Counted from the first letter of the stretch, positions 1 to 32,474 are shown. The stretch: DNA of 64,000 bases from the human T2T-CHM13v2.0 reference genome, Homo sapiens (GCF_009914755.1 NC_060941.1), one strand, 5' to 3'. Notes: a model not told the origin generated them from the sequence alone. Translations and numbers: made by a program.

Positions 1-569
1 GTTATCGCTCATTTATTTACTTATTATCAATGTGAACTCATGGACTACTACTTCTTCAATGGTTTGCAATTCATCATTTTCTTGTTTTGCTGCTCAAATT
101 GTTCTGGATTTAGTCAGTGAGGGCTACTTCCTGTGTCTTTGTGACCTACCCTCATCATTTTTTTGAGTGCTACTTTTTTTTTTTTCTGGAATAAGATGTT
201 CCAGGATCTTCTTGGAGTTTCCTTCCCTCAGACCTGCAATCAGCCATTTTTCTGAGGAGCCTTAGTTCCTTTTAGCAGAGAACGGTATCAGAAACCAAGA
301 TCTGGGCTCATTGCAACTGAGATGTCATTGCTTTTAGCCCGTTTCAGTAGAAAGAGCATGGAAATGTGTGTGCTAAGAAGGTGTAAAAGGGATGTGTGGC
401 TGCAGGAGGTCATTTTATGTGTGTTTGTGAGTTTTGCTCATCTGCTAAGTTGCCTGTCTAATGTAGAGAGTTCTGATTATCTACATCCCAGTTAATTTCT
501 TTGGTTAGCAAATTTGTGATTAATATGAGTGGCTGGGAGGCTGTATGAAAACAATAGTGGCAACGAAAC

Positions 570-1127
570 TGTGCAGAAAAGTTAACATAGCAAGTCCGAG
601 CCTGCTATCTTTAGAAAGACTTGCCTACAAGGTTGGCCACAGGCGGGCATCTGGGAAGTATAACTTTGGGATCGTTCCCGCTAATTCCAGAATTAAAGTG
701 GATCACTGCTCCTAAACTGTCTGTAAAAACAATGAAGCTTATGCTGAACACCTGCTTTCCTTCTGAAGTCTGGAGTTTTGGTACATGCTAGACAGAGACT
801 GCCTATGTGACTAGCACCCAGTACAAACCTTGGGATTTGAATCTCTACTGAGCTTCCCTGATAGATCACATTTCACACATGCTGTCACAACTCCTTGCTG
901 GGGGAAATGAGCAAGTCTTGTGTGACTTCACTGGGAGAGGACTCGGGGAAGCTTGTTCCTTGTTTCCTCCAGACCTTGCCGCCCCATGAGCCTTTTCTCT
1001 TTACTGGTTTTGCTGTGTGTCCTTTTACTATAATAAACCACAGCCAAGAAAATGACAACATGCTGAGTCCTGGGAATCCTTCTAGTGAATCATTGAACCT
1101 GAGGGTGGTCTTGGGGATCCCTAAACA
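570..1127 (+). mobile_element. Solo ERV LTR (MER68/MER21-like)
   Basis: TG...CA ends; start TGTGCAGAAAAGTTAACATAGC; AATAAA near 1032; MER21-group-like end GAACCTGAGGGTGGTCTTGGGGA. Confidence 0.65.
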
Positions 1128-1578
1128 TGTAGAAAGAAAATGTTATGTTTTTGTTTATCAAAAGAAAACAGGACTATTTTTCTCTTAGAGTGAAATGTGT
1201 GGTTGTTGCAGAATGCAAAAGATAGTTAAAGCATAAAACTGGAGAGGATGCTGTAAGTTTTGGAAGGTTTGGGGGAAAGTGAACTTTACTTGTGCTTTAT
1301 AATAGCTGCAAATTCTGAAAAGAAGAAATAAAATGTATTAAAATTTTGACAAAAGTTGGCTTGATTTTGATGAGTTCATTAAAATCTATGAAATCTTTAA
1401 TTCAAAATATTATATTTAAAAAGATTAAACTTCGGTTATCTTTGCTTAAATGATAGTTTGTTCAACAAGAGAAAGGGAAAGATCATTCTTTACCTTCTGT
1501 GTAATCTGCCCAAATAGTAGAAATTGTCTCTCATCAGAACTACAGTTTTGTGCTTTGTTCTGTGTTATGCTTTTCATT

Positions 1579-1587
<9 letters not shown>

Positions 1588-1628
<41 letters not shown>
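1588..1628. repeat. (TA)n microsatellite
   Basis: About 20 TA units. Confidence 0.95.
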
Positions 1629-1631
<3 letters not shown>

Positions 1632-2164
1632 CAAAGCCAAAACAGACCCTTATCTTGGAGCTTATGATATGGCACTCATAAACAGGAAAATGTAAGAAAT
1701 ACTTGGGTTTGTTTGGTATGTCCTATAGTTATTAATTAGTTCAAAATGATTGTAAGAGCTGCTCTGTTTATGGGAAGAGGTGTCAGACCAAAGAGAAGGG
1801 AAACCTTCCCTAGTTTAATTTTGTATAGATATGTTACTAAAACAAATGTTTCAGAAACTGTATACTTACTTATGTTTGGAAGGCCCTGGAGATGTCCACA
1901 CTGTATATAATGCATTCTTACTCTCAGGGGAACACTGATCAACTCCTCTTTGAAATAATCATGTGTTATACTCCAATAAAGGATTTTACTCTCCTTCATT
2001 CTGATAGTTATTATAATAAATTATGAAGTGTTAATTATAAATTCAGATGGAATTAAATGGTGCTGAGATAGCAAGAGAATGAGCTGATGACATCTTCTGA
2101 ATATCTGAATCCAGTCATATCTGAAGCTAGATCTCACCATGGGTTTTTAAAAATTACAGTCCTG

Positions 2165-2463
<299 letters not shown>

Positions 2464-2868
2464 TTACAGTCCTGGATAACCCAGCAGGTTTGAGTCACTA
2501 CAACATGAGATGCATAGGTCACAAGACTGGGAATTGAATCAACCATACATAAAACTATGTTTTTGATATGGCAAAAGTAATATTTATGGTGGTGGCTGCC
2601 CTATACCATCTTGGGTCCCTAAATGACTACTGATGAGCAAAGACTCCCTGCCAGGCCACAAAGGACAGGTAGCACAAGTTAGCATTAAGAAATGGCACCC
2701 TGGTGAGAGGTCCATGCTTTTTGTATACTAGAGCCTGGTCTCAAAGAATAGAAAATTATCATCAAAATATAACTCAGCAATGTGCAACAAAGCCCTTTCA
2801 CATATATAATTTCACATAACCCTCACAGAAACTCTATGAAATCAATGTTGGAAATACTTCCTTAGTTG

Positions 2869-3178
2869 GTTTTTTTGTTTTTTTTTTTTTTTTTGAGATG
2901 GAGTCTCGCTGTGTCACCCAGGCTGGAGTGCAGTGGCACGATCTTGGCTCACTGCAAGCAAGCTCTGCCTCCCAGGTTCACGTCATTCTCCTGCCTCAGC
3001 CTCCCGAGTAGCTGGGACTACAGGCGCCAGCCACCATGCCTGGCTAATTTTTTTGTTATTTTTAGTAGAGACGGGGTTTCACCGTGTTGCCAGGATGGTC
3101 TCAATCTCCTGACCTCGTGATCTGTCCGCCTTGGCCTCCCAAAGTGCTGAGATTACAGGCATGAGCTACTGCACCCAA
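2869..3178 (-). mobile_element. Alu (Y-like)
   Basis: Reverse Alu consensus starting with a T tract. Confidence 0.9.
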
Positions 3179-3993
3179 CTTTCTTAGGTTTTAAACTTCT
3201 GTCAATGTTATCACTGTTTGATCTTTGAAAAACTGCTCTTGTGGGGGGAATAGTTGGGGAGCAGGAGGCCAGATTGTCTTATTCATGCTGAAGTTAACTT
3301 CCAATAGCAGTGTTTGTTTTACCTGCACAGCATCTTTGGATTTATTTGAGGGAAGCACCCTGTCCCCACCCACAGTGCAAGTTGCATCAATGGGATGGAC
3401 TCCACCCTCTCTTCCTCCAGGGTTTTACACAGACTCAAGCCTGGTCGATGAGAGGACCCCATTTCCAGGGTGGTATTATAAAAGGTTCAGTGATCAGCAT
3501 GACTCAAGCAAAGTGGAGAAGTAGCCTCAGGGATTTTGCTGGAGCTATTTGGAAAGAGGTACTTTCCTTGGAATTGTGAATGCCAAGAACTGTAATATAA
3601 CTTCCAAGTGCCAGTAGGCTATTTGTCGCTGCAAGAGACTAAGAAAAGCACATCCAACAGAGAGGAAGCCAGAGCAGAGATGGAGGCGGACAGTCCTCGA
3701 TCTATTAATAGCAAAGCATTTATCTCTAGTTTGACTCCATGGATTGCCCCAGATATGTGAACTTTGCTAACATGATGATTACGTGTTTCATGAATTGGTG
3801 GGAGTGGGAGGGAGGTGAAGCATGCACCTTTTTTGTATAGTCCACTCAATCTAAGGGATTTATAAACAGAGGTTACATCATGAAAAAAATAAAAAACAAT
3901 TCAGTAAAAACATCTAATTTTTTGAGGTTTATAAGTGGAAACTACACAGTAGGACCAGATGCCACATTTTATATTTATTACTACAGGGAATAG

Positions 3994-4927
<934 letters not shown>

Positions 4928-6257
4928 ATTTTGCCTAATTTTAACTGTGCTTTTTATACGAAGTTATTCCCTCCCTTTCACCCCAATTAGCCCTACTGAG
5001 TAGTGCCTATACCTGGCCTGGGGACTCAGTACTACTTGTTAGAAACTATCTTCCTCTACTCCTTAACCTTCTTGCAGATACTTGGGTTGCTGACGGTATC
5101 TCCCATCCCATCTCTCCAGAAGTTGTGAAGCCAGATGACCAGCTAGAAATGGGATTGGTATCCTGAATGATATGGAGATATTTTTTGGTTGGTCCTTCAT
5201 TACATCTTAAAATATGCTTTAAAAAAGGAAGAATTTAAAAGAAATTTACAAAAGTTTCTGACAAAACATATACAAACATCTTTATTGACAAGTGAGCCAA
5301 TAAGGGCACATTTAGTTTACAGATAACCAAAAACATTTGAAATGCATAACATTAAAATTTCCAAGATTCATGTTGCAGTACAAACATGTGGCAGGTTAAA
5401 CATCAGGCATAAAAAGGACAAATACTGAAACGCAAAGGGCCAGAGATCCCAAGTCGCTTAACACTATTTAAAATGTTATTCAACTGCAAACTTCAGCCTC
5501 TGGAACCATCCCAGATAGCTACTGGTTAAGTGATACGAAGTAGGAAAAAAGAAGGTTCTGGAAGGTCTCAAGGAGGCTGTGCAGAAAACAGCACCAGATG
5601 GAAGCAAGAGCAGAAAGAAGTCACGTCCCATCTTTATGACAAGCCACAGAACAAGATGGTCACAGTTCTTCATGGGTAAACAAAAGATGTGGAAGACACA
5701 GCCAACCTTAAGTAACTTCTACTGACGGATGCTCTGGCACTTCTCTATGTAGAGAAGGAGAGAGAAAGAGAGCACCAAGCAGGAGTGGGGGACTCTATAT
5801 TTATTGTCTGCCAGTTCTTTTGTATGCATTGTCTTATTTAATCCTTATGACAACCTCATGAGAAGCCAATGATTTATTCCCTTTGTTGAAACCTAATACA
5901 GATAAAGAAACTGAGACTCAGAGTAGGGAGTTTTTCCAAGGTCACATGACTGCTTAGTGGGGATGGCAGAATTCAAACTCAACTTTGGAAAGCCCATGTT
6001 GGTCTTCTTTCCTTAGTCAAATTTTGGCCCTCAAATGAATTTCTTTTCACTCAAGAATTTGGCAAGTTTCAATAACTTGAATTCTCCTGACAATATATAG
6101 TAACATCCTAGAGGTAGGAGTATTTTGATGCATCATTTCCCACCTCTTTTATTTTTCTGTCCCCAGTTATCTCTCAGTAAGTTCAACTTTTCCATTCCAC
6201 CTACTTTCTCTGACTGGTTTAAACCCTTTATCTGACTTCTTGATGAATGCTCTGGAA

Positions 6258-6825
6258 CAGGGGCCAAGAAAATATTTTCTGTAAAGAGCCAAACAGTAAA
6301 TATTTTAGGCTTTCAGGGACATAGAACCTACTATGGGCTATATCCCCATCAAAGTCATATAATGAAACTTAATTGATGGTATTATGAAATGGGGCCTTTT
6401 GGAGGTGATTAGGTCGTGAGGGTGGAGCGCTCATGAATGGGATTAGTGCCCTTATAAGGGCCTGAAGATACCAGAGCTCTCCCCTTCTACCATGTGAAGA
6501 CACAGTGAAAGGTGCTTTCTATTAACCAAGAAGCAGACCTTCCCTAGACCCTAAATATGTTGACACCTTGATCTTGGACTTCCCAGCCTCCAAAACTGTG
6601 AGAAGTAAGTTTCTGTTGCTTATAAGCTGCTCTGTTTGTGATATTAAAGCCCAGAGGCACAACCTCCGCTGCAGCTACTCACTTCTGACACTGGACACAA
6701 AGGCAGTCAAGGACAACATGTAAATGAGTAAGTGTGGCTGAGTTCCAATAAAATTTTCTTCTGAGAAACAGGTGGTGGGCCAGAGTTGGTCCATGAGTCC
6801 AGGCCACAGTTTGTCAACTCCTGCT
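6258..6825 (+). mobile_element. MER58-like DNA transposon interrupted by an MLT1A-like MaLR LTR (~6330-6650)
   Basis: CAGGGG...TTTTCTGTAAAG start and GTTTGTCAACTCCTG end; internal ACCTTGATCTTGGACTTCCCAGCCTCCA MaLR motif. Confidence 0.6.
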
Positions 6826-6921
6826 CTAAACCATTAGTACTAAATACTAAGATGATAAAAGAGGTGAGTTCCTTTTCCTGTGTTTTCTTTCTTTTTTCTT
6901 TTTTTTTTTTTTTTTGAGTAA

Positions 6922-7318
6922 TGATACAGTTTAGATCTGTATCCCCACCCAAATCTCATGTTTAATTGTAATCCCCAATGTGGGAGGTGGGGCCTGGTGC
7001 AAGGTGACTGGACCACGCAGGTAGTTTCTCATGAATGATTTAGCACTGTCCCCCTACTGCTGTCTCGTGATAGAGTTCTCATGAGATTTGGTTGCATAAA
7101 AAGTGTGTAGCACCTCCCCTCTCTCTTTTCCTCTTGCTCTAGCCCTGTGAAGATACCTGCTCTGGCTTTGCCTTTTGCCATGAGTAAAAGCTCCCTGAGA
7201 CCTCCCCAGTCATACTTCCTGTACAGCCCATGGAACCATGAGCCAATTAAACCTTTTTTCTTTATAAGTTACCCAGTCTCAGGCATTTCTTTATAGCAGT
7301 GTGAGATTGAACCGATAC
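6922..7318 (+). mobile_element. MST-type MaLR solo LTR
   Basis: TGATA...CCCCACCCAAATCTCATG start; CCCAGTCTCAGGCATTTCTTTATAGCAGTGTGAGA end. Confidence 0.8.
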
Positions 7319-7820
7319 AGATAACAATAACAAAAAGTAGGTAAATATGAAGGCCAGAGAAATGGCAACTTCTTCATGAAGGGAAGCTGCTTATCCTCAA
7401 GCAAGTCAGTTGAGGACTATCCTGTGAGCTATTTTCCGTACCTTGTTTTCCACTCATACAGGGAAGTATGCCCTGGTGTCTCACAGTTGCTTCAGTTCTT
7501 CTTTACTGGGACCCTAAATATAATAACACACTGAACCACTCAACTTCTCAGACCTTCAATATCCCTGGGGCTTTTTCTCAAATGGACACAGCATAGCTTT
7601 CAGAAAGCTGAATAATGTAGACAAAAGAAGTCTCCCTCACCCTTTGATTATGGAAAACCAAAGATTTATTCAGTGCCAAGGATAAGAAAGGAAGGACTTG
7701 ATCAACAACCACTGTTAAGATTTTGACCCATTCACTACTTCACGTGAACTCCCAGGGAAATGGAAAATGAAAGAAGGTCTCCGCGGTAGAGGGATAACAA
7801 TGACATAAATCAATGATGAT

Positions 7821-8121
7821 GCCAGGCATGGTGGCTCACGCCTGTAATCCCAGCACTTTGGGAGGCCGAGGCAGGCAGATCACGAGGTCAGGAGATCAAG
7901 ACCATCCTGGCTAACATGGTGAAACCCCATCTCTACTAAAAATACAAAAAAAATTAGCCAGGCGTACTGGCAGGTGCCTGTAGTCCCAGCTACTCAGGAG
8001 GCTGAGACAAGAGAATGGCATGAACCTGGGAGGTGGAGGTTGCAGTGAGCTGAGATCACGCCACTGCACTCCAGCCCGGGCAACAGAGCGAGACTCTGTC
8101 TCAAAAAAAAAAAAAAAAAAA
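7821..8121 (+). mobile_element. AluY-like with TSD AAATCAATGATG
   Basis: Alu consensus, A tail, direct repeats. Confidence 0.9.
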
Positions 8122-8761
8122 TCAATGATGTACATAATCCATGTGAACATAAATTAGAATTGTCTGTAAATATTATACATCCTAGTTATGGTCATCAAAA
8201 TAGACAGCAGCTTGTTGAGGGAGGAAGGGAATGCTAAGGACTTTGAACCCAGCATTTTTGGTTTTTAAGGCTAATATAAAAGAAATGACACTCTAGATGA
8301 ATTATACCATATGTGTATCTAGATCTCAAGGAGTAATAAATAACAACATTGTGTCTTCCTGATGATAAGGATGTAAGCCCTCAGCCTAACCTACCCAATA
8401 AGAATTTCCTTACAAAGTGAGAGGCTTACAACAAAGCTCTGACATAAACAAGAGAGGGGAAAACTGGATTTCACAATGTTTGTACTGCTACCCACTCTCA
8501 GGGACTTCTTGAATTTCCACAGATAGCTATTTGGGAGGTTGGAGATTAAAATTTTGAAATCGCTGGCTAGATTTCATAATTATCAAATTAACGGACATAA
8601 AGAACCTGCCTATGGCTCAAAACTATGTATTACACAAATGAAATTAGATGCATACAGAATTGGTCCTCACATGCATATTATGGATGGGCCTTCCACCTAA
8701 ACACTCAAGTATTTAATATAGTGATAAAACCAACTTACATTTCTTCACATTCAGTAATTTT

Positions 8762-9993
8762 TCAGGGTTGCTCTTCAGTGTGAACTCTTTGATGTCTGAT
8801 GAGAGATGAACTGCACTTAAAGCTTTTCCCACACTCATTACATCTAAAGGGTTTCTCTCCGCTATGAGTTCTCTGATGTTGAATAAGAGCTGATGAATGA
8901 ATGAAGGCTTTTCCACACTCACTACATTTGTACGATTTCTTTCCAATATGAATTCTTTGATGTTTAGCAAAATTGGAGCTCTGGCTGAAGGTTTTCCCAC
9001 ATTCACTACACTCATAGGGTTTCTCTCCAGTGTGAATTCTCTGATGTTGAACAAGATGTGTGCTCTGACTAAAAGTTTTTCCACATTCACTGCATTCATA
9101 TGGCTTTTCTCCAGTATGAACTCTCTGATGCTTAGTTAGGGATGAGCAATGGCTAAAGGCTTTCCCACATTCTTGACATTTATAAGGTTTCTCTCCAGTA
9201 TGAGTTCTTTGATGTTTAATGAGTGCTGATGAATGAATAAAAGCTTTATCACATTCATTACATTCATAAGGCCTCACTCCAGTATGAATCAACTGATGCT
9301 GCACAAGATGTGTACTTCGATTAAAACCTTTCCCACATTCATTGCATTCATAAGGTCTCTCTCCAACGTGAATTCTCTGATGTGTTGCAAGGGATGAGCT
9401 TTCTGTGAAGGTTTTCTTACATTCACGGCATTCAAAGAGAATTCTAGTATGAGTTCTCTGGTGTTTAGTTAAATTAGCTCTGTGGCTAAAAGATTTCCCA
9501 CATTCATTGCAGGTATAGGGTTTCTCTCCAGTATGGACTCTCTGGTGTTGAATATGCACTGAATGGCAGGTGAAGAGTTCACCACAATCATTACATTTAT
9601 GAGGTTTTTTCTCTTTATAAGTTCTCTGCTTTTTCATTAAGTTTGATTTTTGTTTCAAGCTTTTTTCAAGTGTATGGAAGGCATAAGATCCTTTGGGAAC
9701 TCTGTCTTCAGTGATAAGGACAGATTTCTGATTGAAGCTTTTCCAGTATACATCATGCTCATGGTCTGTTTCCTCAGAGAGTGAATTCATGTGAGTGAAC
9801 ATTTCTCTCAAATGTCTCTCCTGATTTCCTTGCTGCTTCTCTAACCAATTTTCACATTCAAGGGCTGCTTCCAAGTTAGAGTCATAGACACTATTCCGTG
9901 TCAGTCTGTCTATTATTGCAACTTTGCATGATTCTGCTTTGGAAAAATCTTGCACTGAAGTTGAATCCTTGCTCTGTGGTCTAGTCTCCACGT
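8762..9993 (-). CDS. ZNF286B: ZNF286B terminal coding exon: spacer plus 10 C2H2 zinc fingers
   Basis: ORF 8762..10267 contains [19 protein letters not shown]... and ten CX2CX12HX3H fingers with TGEKP-type linkers, ending HTEEQP*. Phase-1 acceptor ttccaatgtccttcag|ACGTGGAG, exon starting at 9993; ORF residues upstream of this are probably intronic. Confidence 0.9.
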
Positions 9994-12724
9994 CTGAAGG
10001 ACATTGGAAATGCAAATTTCCTTCGTTTTCTGTGCTCAACAAAAAGGCAGTTCTGTAATAGGTAAGAGTTAATGAAAGTGAAAAGCATGCCTTCAAGGAG
10101 CAAGTGGATTTGACTCTTTCAGATGACTTGCAAAGAGAAACAAAGGGAGGGAAACAAATGCTCAGAATATGCAGAGAAAATAAGTACATCCTATCCAGGA
10201 GAGTCGGAAGAGGAGAAAGATGACAAAAAATATAAGAGTAGAGATGCCGATGAAGCAATATATCCATGGATGAGCAGACAATGAGTACACAGATCAGGAT
10301 GGGAAGAAATAACTTTTTATAGAATACCTACTTATTGTAATAAATTTCTAGGCACACAACCATCTTAGTGTACAGTACAGTTATGGCTTCTAAATTTTCA
10401 CTATTCCAATCCTACTCACATCCAAATATGTATTCCATTGCCAGTTTAATCTTCCTAACAATGCTTTTATAACATTTTGCTGATCAAAAACCTCCTATGA
10501 TCTCCCAAAGGCATAATGACAAATATACGAAATGATATATGCACAAGGCTATTTGTTGAAGCACTAATTCAGGTAGCAAAAGACTGATAACATTTCACAT
10601 ATCCTACTATACAGAAATGATTGAACATATAGTGGATACAAACAATGGAGTACTATCCATCTCCTTAAAAAATGACAAAGATCTTTACATATTGCTATAA
10701 GGTGACCACCAGGATATATTAAGTTTAAAAGGAAAAAGCAAGATATAAATAAGCACGCACAGTTTGCTACTTTTTTATAAAGAAAAAAAAGGGGTACAAA
10801 TACCTATACTGTTTGCTTACATTTAAAAAAAAATAAAAAAAGGATAAATGGAAAACCAATAAAAATTTGTACCTATAGGGAAAACATCAGAACACAGGAG
10901 AGAGGGCAGAGATGGAAGCTTAACCTCTCTAAATATATCTAATATAAATATAGTAGAATTTTTATATCCAATATAAAGTTAATTTATATAGAGAAAATAT
11001 TTTAAGCAGTGTAGTTCAAAGAAATAAACAGGAGTAAAATAGAAGAGCAAATACAGAAATAAAGTATATGTAAGAATTAAAGATAATATGAAGGTGGTAT
11101 TTCAGTCAGTGAACAAAACATAGATTTGTTTTTCCAATGATGCCATGGCAACTGATTAACTATTAGAAGAAAATTAAGTTAGATGAGTCACTCATTTCAT
11201 ACACTCAAATAAATTATATTCATTCATCTATCTATTCATCTTCTATCCATTTTATTCAACAAATATTTATAGAATATCTTCCATGTGCTAGGCTCTGAAC
11301 TAGTCACTTGGGAAAAAACAGTCACTATACATATAGAGGAAGAGAAAATTTAATCTAACATTCATGAGCAAAATCTGAATTGCAGTTTTGCCACTTACTA
11401 GCTGTGTGATACTGGATAAGTTATTTAACCTCTTTACTTCGGTTTCCTTATGTGTAAGAGAGGGCAATAACAGTATCCGTCTTGCAAGGAATGATAGCAA
11501 TAGCTACCTTAATGAGCATTAATGCAAATATCTATGAAGCATTTAAAACTCTGACACAGCATAAGTGCTACATTAAGTGCTTGTTAAATAAATAAAACAT
11601 AAATTGACATAAGGCTTGTATAGGTAGGTAGAGGTAAAGATCCTCAAGTATGGTCCATGAACCCCTGGGAAACTATAAGTTCAAAACTGCTTCCAAAATA
11701 ACATTTAGATGTTATTTGCCTTTTTCATTGTCTCAACATTTTCAATGATGTCGTAAAAGTAGTGGTAAAATTGCTTACAACTTCGCACAAATCAACACAA
11801 TGATACTAAACTTACTAGTAGTCCTTGTATTCTTCCCCATCATGTACTCTTGGTTTAAAAAAAAAAAAGCCAGTTTTATTTAAAAATGTCTAAGGAAGCA
11901 TAAACATTAATTTCATTGAATTTTAATCCTTGAAGTGCCTTTTTAATATTCAGGGTTAATGAAATAGGAAATATTCGCAAAGCAATTCTGTTTATACCAA
12001 AGAACAATGGTCGTCTTGAGGAAATATACCATGCAATCATTTGAGTTGTGAGCTGAACCAGCCACTTGTTTCACAGACCACCATTTTACCTGAAAGGATG
12101 ACTGAATGGCAAACTATGTTATCTAACTTGGGTATCTGGCAGACAGTTTCTCAAAAATGAACAAAGTGAACCTGTTGTATCAAGGACAACAAATGAGTTT
12201 TTTATAAAATTTGAGCTTTCAGGCAGAAATTACAAGTTTTGGAAAACTTCTATTTACCACCGAGAGCTTGATGGCTTCCTAAAACTTAAAGGCTTTTCTG
12301 ATAAGGTCAGTTGTGATACTAAAAGTTATAATATTCAAAAATATTGCACAATATAAAGTGTCAACAAAGAAGATCTGCACTTAGTGAACCAATATTGTCC
12401 AAAAGATTGATAGATTTCAATATATGAAAAATTTATGGATGTGGTTTCAGATTCTACATTGTACCTAATCTTTCAGAAAGTATCACTTGTTCAGTTTTGG
12501 AGCTGTTTCAAAGAAGAATAGCCATAATTACCTGAAAAGACTATAAAATACTCCTTCCTTTTTCAACTTATATCTGCGTGACACTGGATTTTCTCCATGC
12601 ATGGCAACCAAAACAACATGTCATATCAAGTTGCATTCAGAAGCAGTTGTAAGAATATAGCTACCTTCTATTATGTCATACATTAAAGAGATTGGCAAAA
12701 GTGTAAAACAATGCCATACTTCTT

Positions 12725-28471
<15,747 letters not shown>

Positions 28472-28779
28472 GATCACCACCTCCTCCTTGTTCTGGAGAT
28501 TCTGCTCTTCACCCCAATTCAGATCTCCCTGGCCAGACGAGTTAGAAGCCCCCCGGGCCTCGTGGTCCCACTTCCTGCCTTCCCTCCTGGGCTCTGATGA
28601 AAGGCCTGGGTTAGATCGGGTCTCTTTCTCACCGTGGAGTCTGCCTCAGTCCTACGGCGCTGGAGCCTGGAAGCCCGGGGACAGCATCCCTGAGGCTGGG
28701 TCCTCAGATGTCTGTCCCTACCGCTTGAAGCTGTCCCTGGGGAAACCGGGCGCCTGGAAGAGGTGACGCTGGGGCATCA

Positions 28780-29340
28780 GGAGTTTGGACAAATTCTGCC
28801 GCGCTCGGGGCACTGGCCCAGGACCCCGCGACCACCCCGCCCGTGGCACAACCGCGTCCCCCGAGGAGAGGATCAGGCCAGAGTGAGAAGGGACAGGGCT
28901 CATGGTCTGCCCTCGAGGCCCCTTTAACAAACGCGCACTCTAGCCCCGACTCGGCACAGAACGACCCGGGGAACCACCGCCGAGGCCGAGCCGAGACGAG
29001 AGACATCACCACAAGCAACTCACCTCCCATCCCGGGCCTCACAAAGGGGACGAACTTCTTTGGCCAGCTCGGAGTCGCGCATGAGTAAGAAGGGGCGGAG
29101 CCAGGCGTGCTGCCCTCATCCCGCCCGGAACTACAATTCCCAGAAGCGCCTTGGCATCGCCAGAATCCGGTTCTCCGCAGGTGGGAGCACCCGTGGTGCG
29201 GCTGGGAGAATCGGCCGATCGAAGAGCTCCGTCCGTCTCGCGAGAGTATGAGGCAGCATCTCCTGTGTCTAATCCTCAGAGCAAGGGAGGGAGGGAGCAG
29301 CGGAGACGCGGACCGGAGTCAGGGTCCGTCTCCGCGCTTT
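28780..29340 (-). promoter_or_regulatory. ZNF286B CpG-island promoter and non-coding exon 1 (donor GGAG|GTGAGT, exon end at 29024)
   Basis: CpG-dense. GC box GGGGCGGAG 29092-29100, CCGGAA 29125-29130, ZNF143/THAP11 SBS motif AACTACAATTCCCAGAAGC 29129-29147, palindrome TCTCGCGAGA 29236-29245. Confidence 0.8.
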
Positions 29341-30129
29341 GTCTGCACAAGTTCCTGCGGCACAGTGCTTAGGGCTGCTGAGTTCAACCCAAATTACTCC
29401 GGTGTAAGATACGTTAAAATACATAGCTTTTATCCATATTTTGTGCGCCCAGAACTCATCCTTTTGCTTTCAAAACATACGAAGGATGTTTTTAGGAAGA
29501 GCAGGTCCCTCTTTGTACACTCAGTCAGATGTTCCTGTATCCACAGACTACTTGTAATCCTAAAATTCATGTATTTAAAATGAGTTGAAAAGATTGAACC
29601 TGTTGTAACAAATTTAAGCAATAGGTTCTTTGCAGACATAAGCATTAGTTTAAACGTAGCATAAAAGGTGGTTCTTTCAAGGGAGCGTTATTCAGTCTCT
29701 CCAATTCTGTTAGAGGACTAACCCATCCACCTCCAGCTTCGTGTCTAGACTGCCCTCCTTTTCTCAGTGAATGACATTACTGCCCACTCACTCATTTGCA
29801 CAAACCAGAGCCTGAATATTCTTAACTCTTTGATCTCACCATCTATTTATCACCAAGTCCTATTCATTATATCTTAAATAACTAAATTGTTTCCATCTTT
29901 CTCTATTCCCAGTAGCATTACCTTAGTTGGGGCCACCACCATTTCACTAGGATTGCCGTTGCAGCCTGGTAACTGGATTCCCTAACTAAGGTTTTCTCTA
30001 CCACCAATCTGTTCTCCACACTTTCTGGCTAGTGCTCTTTCTAAAACAAGAATATGCTATTACTTTAGTGCTTCAAACCGTTCAGTGGCTTTTAGAAACT
30101 TCAAGGAAAGATGATTTCCAGCTCCCAGA

Positions 30130-30625
30130 AGGGATTTGTAACTCCCGTTATCTCAGCCACCTGGTAGTTACACCTTTGTGCAATCCCCTCTTGTGTATGG
30201 ACTGGGACTTGCTTCTAACCAATACAGTGCAATAAAGGTGACATAAAAGTCTAACGTGTGTCTTGCTAGGAGACTCCTCTCTTGCTGGCTTTGATGAAGT
30301 GGTGGTGATGTTGGGGAGGCCCATATGACAAGGAACTGAGGATGGCCTCCAGCCAATAGCCTGCAAGAACCGAAGGCCCTTGGTCCCACAACCTGCAAGG
30401 AGCTGAACCCTTTGGACAGCTCTGTGTGCTTGGAAGTGAATCATTCTTTGTAGAGCCTTCCCATGAGAACCCTGTCTTGCCTGACATCTTGATAGCTGGC
30501 TGCAAAGGACTCACTTAAGCTGTGCTCAGACTCTCACCCATAGAAACTATGAGATAATAAACGTGTGCTATTTTGGACCACTGAGTATGTGGTCATATTG
30601 TTATGCAGGAAAATTTAACTAATTC
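30130..30625 (+). mobile_element. MLT1-type MaLR LTR
   Basis: CAAGGAACTGAGGATGGCCTCCAGCCAATAGC and AGAAACTATGAGATAATAAA motifs. Confidence 0.7.
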
Positions 30626-31332
30626 CACTTTCTAACATAAAAGAGGATCTTCTTTGTCAAAATCCAATCTGGGAATTGTCTGGAAGAGGGAAAATTGTTG
30701 GATTGAGCAACTATTGAAAAGTTGATTTGAAACCCACAGGAAGACAAATGGCTACAGTTGGTCCTAGGAGGTGTGTGGCCTGTACACGTACTTTTAAAAA
30801 GCTATCCTAAGAATGATAAAGGAGGATACAGGAAATATCAAGCAAGAACTTGTCATAAAAATAAAAACAATGAAACTGTGTGTCAAAATATGATGGTTAA
30901 TACTAGATTGGATAGCAGAATGTGTAAAATTGAAAAGTGAATATCTAGAATATTCTAGTGAAGCTGCAATATCAGGCTAGGGAACTCTACACTTCCAGAA
31001 GATATCAGGAAGGGAGAAAAAGTTGAAAAATACGAAAGAAATATTAAGCAGTATGGAGCCTGACTAGACTTTATGAGAATCCAGAAGGAAAGAAAAACAG
31101 AGAGGAGGAACTATTTTAAGAAATAATCAAGAATTATGGAAAAATAAAAAATTAAAGACTTCATAGTGAAATTATTCATAGAGAGTCAAACAAAATTATG
31201 AAAAGACACCACATATTACGGTGAAATCTAACGAAGAAATTCTAAAGCCTTCCAGAAACAAAACATAGATCACCTACAAAAGAAAACAATCACAATTAAA
31301 AAAAAATCCTCAGTGTTAAAAACAGTGCCTGG

Positions 31333-32474
<1,142 letters not shown>

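Larger units (their letters stand above)
5265..8761 (-). other. ZNF286B: ZNF286B 3' UTR ending at a poly(A) signal (AATAAA at 5281-5286)
   Basis: Plus-strand tttatt at 5281-5286, downstream of the ZNF stop. The UTR contains MIR, MER58/MLT1A, MST and Alu insertions. End position is inferred. Confidence 0.55.

Noticed and set aside
9994-10267. N-terminal ~90 aa of the 501-aa ZNF ORF (MDILLHRH...)
   Set aside because: Lies upstream of a canonical acceptor at 9993 and reads like pyrimidine-rich intron; an open frame by chance is likely, though an extended exon cannot be excluded.
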